DNA of 31,838 nucleotides from Azolla caroliniana (taxonomy: Eukaryota > Plantae > Polypodiophyta). The stretch is taken from assembly GCA_043228905.1 (NCBI GenBank), contig JBHGNT010000358.1, positions 1-31,838 on the forward strand. The letters run 5' to 3'. Position 1 is the stretch's first letter, and the number at the start of each line of letters is the position of its first letter. Of the stretch, positions 23,499 through 31,838 are shown piece by piece. The position numbers and the translations under genes were made by a program. Under the pieces are notes generated by a model. That model saw only the letters and a list, made by a program, of their open reading frames with translations, was not told the DNA's origin and did no database searches.

Positions 23499-24444
23499 CG
23501 GGGATGTATCTTTGCATGCATAACATGCATAGAATTGATACTACCATGCCCGAGAATGTAAATAACATTGACACTTTTGAGACTAAAACATGTGGCATTA
23601 AAATAAGTACCAATATGAAGCCCTTTCAAAGTCGCAAAGATAAGTGCAAATTTACCACTGCCTCGTCATCTGACATGATTCAAACTATTAGAACTTCAAA
23701 CCTCATTCAACAAACAAAACCAAAACAATTGATGTCAACAAAAACCTAGAGATTTTCTCATGCAGTTGGTCCTTGTAAATGTAATACCAAAACAATGGGA
23801 AGATTTCTACACTTTTAGTCACGCAGATAAGTGGAATCCACTTGGATTTTGGAACACATATCAAGTTGGTGAATTGCAGTTCACATAACTGGCATTTCCT
23901 TAATGGATTTTATGTGTGTCTACAAATTGGGTGAGTGTAAGGAGATGTGAAGCAAGAAAACAATTGCATTAATGGAGATGGGCACTCGATAGTGAATATT
24001 TGAAGATATTTTTCAATGTCCATTGAAAAACAATATCTTCCCAATAAAAACTCCTTTCAGATAATAATATTGAATGAACACCTTTGCTATTGACCACTGA
24101 TGTGATTTAATAGATTGTTGGATATACCTGACACTGGTACAATGATGCTAACAGATGATGCAAATGATTTGCCAAGTATATATGATCCAGTTTGACAAAA
24201 TATGATCCCATGCAAAGGATAATTAAGGCTATTAGCCACTGTTGGTCTTGCAATGTCCATTGATAATTAAGGCTGTTAGCCACTTCTGGGCTTGGTGGAG
24301 GGGTTCAGCTGTTGTTTTATGGCAATTGATTCCCTCATTATAGGAGGATATATGCGCATGATAATGTATGAGATCTATCATGTTGAAATCAACATGACCT
24401 GACCTTAAAAAACAAGCAAAATATGTTTATGAATCCTTTGCACA

Positions 24445-24816
24445 AGAAATCTGATCAAACACTTCATTAGTTAGCCACATTGACCATACATGTCCACCAA
24501 TGCACAACCAAGCAAAGCATTTGTACGAAGAAATCCATGTTACAGATCTCACCATGCACTTGGCCCTTATACAAAGCTCCTATCCCACCTTTTGCGTTCA
24601 ACACGCAAAGAAGGGTGACTTGGTTAGGAGAGAGATTCTCTTCGCTTTGTCGCAAATGTTCGTAACAATTCAATGCAGATTCGCCATGGCCAAGCCGGGC
24701 ATATCCACTGATTAGAGCATTCCAAGTGGCAAGATCATGGCATGGGAGACTATCGAAAACATTTTGAGCATCATGAGGCATACCATATCTTATGTGCAGG
24801 CTAATCAAGGCACTAC
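24445..24816 (-). pseudogene. Inverted partial copy of the PPR gene (matches 21799-22184)
   Basis: About 26 substitutions over 372 bp by manual alignment (about 93%), plus 3-, 1- and 10-bp deletions; the 1-bp deletion shifts the frame. Protein SALISLHIRYGMPHDAQNVFDSLPCHDLATWNALISGYARLGHGESAL. Confidence 0.93.
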
Positions 24817-25070
24817 ATTTAGGGTTTGCCTTACGGCTTTGCAAGGAGTGCGGGTCGGTATACCGCTCGAATACGAAGCGTGTCCACTCTTGATAGCAAT
24901 GGGACCCCCCGAACCCATTACTATCGCAGATGTAACTAGGACTTCCTGGGATGTCACCCATCCCAATATTGTTTTGGCTCAAGCATGCTTAACTTGCAAT
25001 GCTTGAAGCATCCAAACAACACGTAGTTGTATGCTCGCCTGAGTTTTCTATGCCAACAACACGTAGATGC
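24817..25070 (-). mobile_element. 5S rRNA-derived element fragment, Cassandra TRIM-like (or 5S-derived SINE)
   Basis: Minus strand 24994-24938 AGTTAAGCATGCTTGAGCCAAAACAATATTGGGATGGGTGACATCCCAGGAAGTCCT aligns without gaps to the internal control region of plant 5S rRNA (about 45/57 against the consensus as I recall it). It is followed by ...CCCA-TTGCTATCAAGAG, which resembles an LTR end plus a degenerate tRNA-Met PBS (TGGTATCAGAGC). Confidence 0.7.
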
Positions 25071-25071
25071 A

Positions 25072-26411
25072 CTTCTAACGTGTTGCATTATGTCTTTGTT
25101 TCGGAGGACATCACCATGGAGGATTGGAGCCTGATACTATAGAAGGAGGTTTGATACATTGTTGGAGAAAATGTGTTATGTATAATGTAACCTAGTGGTC
25201 GCTTTAAAAAATGACTGCAAGTCTTGTGGATAGTGAGAGACATGGGAAGCTATGTCTATGTCACCTTGTGGCCTTGTTCTTTAGGGGTGGCCCAGAAATA
25301 ATACTAGAACATTGATGTTCTAATAGGAATGACAAATATTTGTACTAAATAGGATGCAGGATTTAATTCTTGTTGGGTATGATGTTCGATGCATATGTGG
25401 AAGTATGTTGGGACTTGTCGTTTATGTGCTCAACAAACAACACAGAAAGTATGGCAGGAGAATAGATAGAAGCATAGACACAATTTTTAGCTTTAATGGA
25501 AGCTTTCGTTATTTCTCTGTTCTCTCTCACTTACAGACTCAAGATGCAAGAAGGAACATTATTACAACATTAGGTTAGGGCTTATATACTCATGCCCTAA
25601 CTATTAGACGTGTTCACACTAGTAAGGATACAAAGTGGAAGTAGTCGGCCTTTTATGTGTGAACACTATTAGAAGCTTTTCTTTGTTGAGACAACCTTTC
25701 AATTGTTGAATCGGAAGAGATGCATTGATATTGAACTTTGATGTGAGTTTAATAATGTCAGTTTATATGGCAAGATGAAGGCTATATGTTGCCACTAGCC
25801 CCTACAATTATGTTTGATGTTTTCAGGTGTTTCATTAAGGTCACAAGGTCATGCATTTATCCTTTCCATTCTACATTGGCTTCTAGTAAAGTAATGCATA
25901 TATACAATGGGATTTGAGCTCCGATGTGGTGATGTAAAAAACTTAGCTAACATGTCAAATCATATTCTTGGATGTTATGTGGCTCGTATATTACATCCTA
26001 GCTTTGCAACACTGGATGCATTCACAAGGTTCGTCTGAAGTTGAGCGAGAGTCATGGATGAAATACATATCATCTCTATCTTGAATACATTAATATCTTG
26101 AATTTTATTATCAATTCCTTAGTTCCTCCTCTTTTTATTGTCCTTCACACTAATTATTTTCCATTCTCTTCATAATGGTTTCCTCTTCTTTTTAATAAAC
26201 TCTTAATCTCATTTCAAGCTAATATGTAGTCATGATTCACAAGTTTAAGGTTTGACTTGCAACCTACAATTTCATGGGATATGTATTTGTGAAACATGTC
26301 AATCTTATTGGAATGACAAAGTTTAACTTGACAACCAATCTCTATTAGCTATACAAAATGTACAAACATAAGACATTTTTATAATTTTGCATAATCTTGT
26401 AGAAAATACCA
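25072..26411. repeat. Right arm (non-coding part) of the large inverted duplication; partner is 20066-21220
   Basis: Reverse complement of the left arm. It lacks about 110 bp of the left arm (about 20729-20838) and carries a ~305-bp insertion. Confidence 0.93.
25371..25676 (-). mobile_element. LTR-like fragment present only in the right arm
   Basis: Absent from the left arm at the equivalent site (CAAAGAAAAG|AATGAAATCC). On the minus strand it has TATATAAGCCCTAACC and ends in CCCAACA like an LTR 3' end. No clean TSD or 5' TG. Confidence 0.5.
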
Positions 26412-26789
26412 ATTTATTGTTTTTTCATAGCTTGCTATTGTGAAATACACATAAAGGGGATCCGAACTAGATTGTGTTGCTTCTTACTTCCTGCTTAATT
26501 TATAGTTGATACAAAGATAACCATTTGGGTTGGTTTGGCTACCCAGTAATGCATGCATACATTCTTGCTAAAAAGGTCGCACAAAGGAACAAAGGTACAC
26601 TACAATATGAAGCCTTGCGCTTGATAAAAAGGTGGCACAAAGGTACACCACACTATAATAAAAACAAATGTAGCATTTATTCAGAAACCAACAACATAAA
26701 CCCATATAGTATCATAGAATGATTATATTTTCACACATATATAATGATATATTGGTGAACATCATCATGTTTATTGTCATTACTCCAAT

Positions 26790-26965
26790 CCTTTGTACCC
26801 TCCCAACATATTCAAACCATTCTTTCCATGTAACCTCTCCTATATTCTTGCAACAATGGCCACAAACATCAATTAAATTACAACTTTAAGAGCAATTGGC
26901 TTTGATCTTTTTCACCTTAGAAAACCCTCTTTCACGTGCAAGCAATGATATGGACAAAAAAAAAT
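26790..26965 (-). mobile_element. Possible degenerate hAT transposase C-terminal dimerization-domain remnant
   Basis: Minus-strand SISLLARERGFSKVKKIK resembles the hAT motif (P.S...ERGFS.M..IK). The match is short and stops follow. Confidence 0.3.
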
Positions 26966-27440
26966 GGTGCATTTTGTAGTCATGTCAAAATTACACACTT
27001 GTTGACAATTTGTATGCAAGTCTCTTTAGTAAAAATTATATGTCATAGATTTGTAATCAAATAGTTATTTGTGAGAATATTACATGTTTGGGGCACTTTA
27101 CTCCCCTCTGATGCATACAAAAATAGTTGTGCAATAGACACTCTGAAGTGGCTTCATGTAGAGATCTACTAGCATGTACATATACACATATACACTCTAG
27201 GTATCAAACATCTCAATTCTAAGCGTACAGTTACAATGAAGTTACCCTAATAGTATCTACAACTTGAGTTTACGTTTATGAAATATGATCGATTGTAACT
27301 ATAAAGAACTCGTGCAGCTAACAACAAAACTTCATGGCTTAATGACTTACATTGACTCATAAACAAGGGTGGCAACCATTTCAAAACTTACTAGAAGGAA
27401 TGAACTCATGCTACTAACATCTTATGTGGCTTATTAACTT

Positions 27441-27510
27441 GGATTGATCCCAAAAACTATTGGCATCAAGGACTAGGATTGATCCCAGAAACTAATGGCA
27501 TCAAGGACTA
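27441..27510. repeat. 35-bp tandem duplication in the IST1-like 3' UTR
   Basis: GGATTGATCCCA(A/G)AAACTA(T/A)TGGCATCAAGGACTA at 27441-27475 and 27476-27510. Confidence 0.9.
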
Positions 27511-27519
27511 TTTAACATA

Positions 27520-30190
27520 TTAGAATGAGGATTCCTTTTGGAGGGTTCTACGATTTGATAACTCAGCTACTCGCGCAACTACATGCTCATAATCAGGGGG
27601 AATGCTCCAAGGTTTTTTCATATGAAAGTCGTCAAAAGTGCTTGAAGAGGATCGGGGAATATGATTCTTCTTGTCGTTTTCCGTGGTCGTCTTGGCTAAG
27701 AGAGGCATAGATGACACCCTAGGGAATGGTGGAGGTGAGCGGCTCGGGGCACATGGCAATGGTGGTGGTGGGCGGCGAGGTGGCATGGATGACAATGAGG
27801 GTGATGGACTACTACTATTCGTGTCATAATTTCCAATATTATATGCTCTCGCCATGGTCGAGTATTCATCTGAATATTGTTGTAAATGTTGTACACTACA
27901 TGAAGCACGGGGAGTGGTCGAGTAGTCATCTGAATGACGATGTTGGCATTGATATGCAAGATATTTCGTTTCATTATCTCCTAAGAAGTACCCATCATCA
28001 CTAGTATAATTCACTTCTCCCCATCTATCACCCTCATGATCATCATTAGCATGTTGATCACCAGATTGCCCATGTCCTCGGATATCTCTATATTGCTTTA
28101 TATATTGATCATTATTGGTATTTAATGCTGCTTCATATTCATCAGCTTTCATTTTCCACTTTTGGGATCTAGGGTGTATTCCTCTCATCTTGGATCGGGA
28201 ACCATAAGTACATGAATGTCGGCCATACGATGAATTCATATCATAAAGCCTTGCATTGGCACTATAATCAGATGCCGACATATTTAGCTCTTCATCTAGA
28301 ACCAATGCCATATCGTTTGCTTCGAAAGGTTCTGCATCGATTAGTTCATGAGTGCTACCATATGCTTCCAACTCTAATTTCGGTGTTATGACAAGTTTTC
28401 CCTCATTCACTTCATTGGCTTTAGTACCACTTTTGCTCAAAAGGCTGAGCAATTCTTTTTGTATCCTATCTTTCATATCACTCTGTTTCAATACATATTC
28501 CTTCAATTCTTCCTTGAAATTCTCAGGTGGCCCTTTTGTTGATAAGAAGTCCAGTATCTATATAAGATGAAACAGTAGAAAAAAGAAGAAGATTTTAAGT
28601 CAGAACACAAGTTTCCAAGGTTTAGGATGTAATGGCATAAATAAAACAGTTAGGGTATTGCAAAAACGATGAATCCAAGATCTCAAAAGAAATAATGTGT
28701 TGATGTTCCTTCAAATATTGATGATGATTAATGACATACCGATCGGTTGACATGAGATGTATCCTTGAGCTCTTGTGCAAAGTTAACAAAATCAGCGCCA
28801 TACTTTGTTGCGAAAATTTCTCGCAATTCTTGCAACTCGGGAAGATCTGCACAACATGATGCCACAAAGCACAAACCCGCTACAGGTTCTTCCAAATCCA
28901 TCGGGCATTCTCTGCAATTAATTGCATCAAAAGACTGAGATTAAACATCCCAAAGCTAATATTATATGGAAAGACCAATTTTTAATATAAAAACTTGAAT
29001 CCCACCAACAGATCAAGATGAAACTCAGGGACAACCATTCTGTATAAATGCATTAAATTTTGATTTTATAAAATTTAAAGACACAATAACCTTCTATTAT
29101 TAAGGCTTAGAGCTTATATACCTTTGTCCAGCAATGTTGCTCAGATTTATTCTGACTTTATTACAGTATTCTTGGATTTTGATGTACACAGAGAGCAGGC
29201 ACAGCTCCTTCCACAGATGTTCAAGCTGTATTAATAAACACCGAATAATAGTATGAGAAACAAGTAAGAAATTATATATACATACTCTCATACATGCATA
29301 TACCCATATATAATATATATCTAAATATGATATATTTTAGATTTAAGCATAAATTGCATACCCAAATTTGTGCTTTTTGGTTTTTTCCTCTTTTCATAAG
29401 CTGTGCTGCATCACCACGAAGGTGCTGAAGCTGAACTTCTCGCTTGCAACGCAGAATTTGTATTCTTTCCAGAGTGGTCTCCAACAGCTTTTTGCTGAAA
29501 GATGAGAAGAGTAATTGACATTAATTAAAAAAAACGGAGCTGATAGGAAATGAATTGAAATTGAAGTTAACCCACTAAAAAACTGGTGGGCAAGAGGAAA
29601 GAAAATTGTCAAAGAAGATGTGAAAAAAATATTGATAAAAGGATGGGCTCAAATCGAAGCAAACCCATTACAAGCAATGGTGAGATGAACAAATCCATCA
29701 AGAGACAGGCGGGTAAAAGATTGGATACATGAAAAAATGATGTGAAAATTAAAGTTGACTCACTATAAGATATGGAGATTGAGGAGAATCCATCAAGGAA
29801 TAGTTGAGAAAAATATTGAAACCATGAGAAAGAGAGTTGAAAATTATAGCTATGCAAATATGAAATTAATCCATCAACGAAAATGCAAGAAATTTTTTTT
29901 ATTGAAAAAAGGCCAACCCATGAATTGAAATTGAAGCTAATCCATTACAAGATATAAAGAGATGACAGAGCCCCATCAAGCGATAGATGAGAAAAGTAAT
30001 AAGCGTTATGACAAAAGGAAGGAACAAAATTTAAAAATAAAAAAAAAACAGTTGGAAAAAATAAGCTAATGCAGAGATGAAAAGAAAACCGATTTGAAGA
30101 AGAGAAGTAAAACGCGAGAATTTGAGCTTACCATTTTGATTTCTGGAAGGTTCGCACCACACCCAAAACAGAGAGCACGCAGAGGATCAT
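27520..30190 (-). CDS. IST1: IST1-like protein (regulator of Vps4 activity in the MVB pathway, DUF292/Ist1 family), about 501 aa
   Basis: Exons on the minus strand: 30190-30132, 29494-29362, 29225-29122, 28911-28740, 28557-27520. GT-AG introns, consistent phases, 1506 nt. Ist1 domain FQKSKCKKLLETTLERIQILRCKRE...GQRECPMDLEEPVAGLCFVASCCADLPELQELREIFATKYGADF. Pro-rich low-complexity tail, and C-terminal PDYEHVVARVAEL similar to the PDYDDLAARFEAL MIM motif. The ATG follows CCACAG, so a 5' intron or extra exon is possible. Confidence 0.88.
29520..30060. repeat. Degenerate tandem repeat in IST1-like intron 1
   Basis: Recurrent AATCCATCAA, CCCATTACAA and ATGAATTGAAATTGAAG words at roughly 70-90-bp spacing. 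Confidence 0.5.
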
Positions 30191-30405
30191 CTGTGGGACT
30201 CAGAAACAGGAGCTGAAGCGTTCAGAATCCGATGCTTTCTTCGGCAAAACGAAAAAAAAGAAATCGAACAACCTTATATGCAGCTAACTGTTCTTTTCCT
30301 TGCAGTTGCAACACCTTTACATACAATGGCTTTCACAAAATTCTCTTTTATACCCTCTTCAAGACTGAGAGACAAAAGCTCACTTCTCTCTGCAAACCAC
30401 TTTCA

Positions 30406-30483
30406 CATACATACATACATACATACATGTATATATATAGACTCTAGAGAGAGAGAGAGAGATAGAGAGAATACCCCCTCTCT

Positions 30484-30561
<78 letters not shown>

Positions 30562-30670
30562 TACACACACACACATACATACACACACACACATACATAC
30601 ACACACACACATACACACATACATACACATACACACATACACATACAAACACAAAGAAGAAGAAGAAGAA
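30406..30670. repeat. Compound microsatellite (ACAT)n/(GA)n/(CT)n/(CA)n/(GAA)n upstream of the IST1-like gene
   Basis: Directly visible. A further (CT)n lies at about 30897-30924. Confidence 0.97.
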
Positions 30671-30892
30671 TGAAGAAAAGAAGAAAGGTTCTGTTGCCGA
30701 GGTTTCACATTGTTTATTGCTTTTTCGCTCCCAGGCAACTACCAGTGACCTAAAAGAAAGCATCTTTCCAGATACGTCCCTCCCTCGGAGCGTGCCTTTC
30801 CTTCGATCACACTCCTCGCAGCTTCCTCCTTCCTCTAGCTAGTCCTCACATCCCTTTTCCGAGACCACACTCATCCTCAACATACGTGTCCA

Positions 30893-30928
<36 letters not shown>

Positions 30929-31838
30929 CAATTTTTTTATAGCTTTTTCTTCATGTGGGGGGGATCTCCCTTATATCTGCCGACTCCTTTTTTCCCTCTT
31001 GCCCTTTGCTTGCTCGTACGCTTCCTCACAACACCTGTGACCTCACCTTGTCGATACTTGTATGTTGACTTATAATGCAGAAAGGGCACGTGCACTCAGA
31101 ATGTTTTAACACCTAGACCTCGGTGGCATCATCATGACTACATACATATATTACAAGCCAGATCCAAAATTTTCGACCGATGGTAGGCAATGAAAAGTCA
31201 TTTTTGGGTGAAATTGCTTTCATTTTACGCATGATATGAATGCCAGTTGGTTTTGAAAGTTTCTACGAAATTTCATCCATGCTTCTTCAAACCACCTCTC
31301 ATGCATGCGTCAGATATTTAAAGCATTGTGCCATCTGATGACGCAATGGCATCCTCTTTCCACCAATTTCCCAACGTCATGTTTTCTTGTTTCTTTTTTA
31401 CCGTTCCATGGTGTACCCCTAGAAGAATATAACTTTCCAACAAATGCAATGACTGGTTTTTGCATCTGGCATCCACCAATCTAGCGCCACCGATCAATGA
31501 AGATGGTGATCAAGGAAAAGTGGCCTCTTTTAAGGCCTAGGTTTTGTATATTATTTTATTGGTCCATTAAAAAGCATGTTGTTTGTCCTTATATATTCGT
31601 AAGGCTAAAGATACAATGATGTCGCTTTCTTTATTCATGTTTTTCTAATTGGTTCCAATGAACATATGTATACCACAAACGTATACTTCCCTTGCAATGT
31701 GTTCATGCGTCATCTTTCCACTAATAATCATTAATGGTGCAAAGGAGATCCTTTGGATATCTAAATCTTGGAGTGAAAATGTCTTCCAAGAGAGGCAAAT
31801 TATGTTTGAGCCTTCTTTCAAATGGTTTGGTTTCTGTT

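Noticed and set aside
21702-23629. Antisense ORFs within the PPR gene
   Set aside because: Shadow ORFs of the coding strand with no motifs.
24218-24284. 23-bp direct repeat GATAATTAAGGCT(A/G)TTAGCCACT and nearby coding-like text
   Set aside because: A small local duplication; all frames contain stops and no protein family was recognised.
24938-24994. Functional 5S rRNA gene
   Set aside because: Only about 57 of about 120 nt are present. The 5' part, the 3' terminal helix and the oligo-T terminator are missing.
19988-26508. Whole inverted duplication as a Pack-MULE or foldback transposon, with AATTTATAGTTG (19988 and 26497) as TSD
   Set aside because: The 12-mers are not adjacent to the arm ends, the outer ends fade without sharp TIR termini, and the arms include PPR coding sequence. 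A local inverted duplication fits better.
30278-30763. ORFs of 111-131 aa upstream of the IST1-like gene
   Set aside because: Microsatellite translations.

Overview
Eukaryotic land-plant genomic DNA. It is probably a fern, inferred from the style of the PLS-PPR and its E motif and from a Cassandra-like 5S element. It carries four protein-coding genes: a 6-exon adenylyl-sulfate kinase (APK, minus strand, 573-3926), a 16-exon METTL13/eEF1A dual methyltransferase (plus, 13027-19532), an intronless PLS-class PPR gene broken inside its E1 motif (plus, 21618-23498), and a 5-exon IST1-like/regulator-of-Vps4 gene (minus, 27520-30190). The non-coding space is full of small mobile elements with visible ends. 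These include a Mutator-type MITE (128-bp TIRs, 9-bp TSD), a hAT-type MITE (24-bp TIRs, 8-bp TSD) nested in an L1 fragment, two more poly(A)-tailed non-LTR insertions with TSDs, and four copies of a tRNA-derived SINE associated with (GA)n tracts. The most striking structure is a roughly 6.3-kb inverted duplication (20066-26411) of the PPR upstream region plus part of the PPR coding sequence. It sets a ~93%-identical inverted PPR fragment downstream of the gene, the layout expected for a hairpin siRNA or proto-MIRNA locus. At the same breakpoint, one arm carries a tRNA-type Pol III element and the other a 5S-rRNA-type Pol III element, each pointing into PPR sequence. Exon coordinates, alignments and identities were read by eye; no database searches were run.
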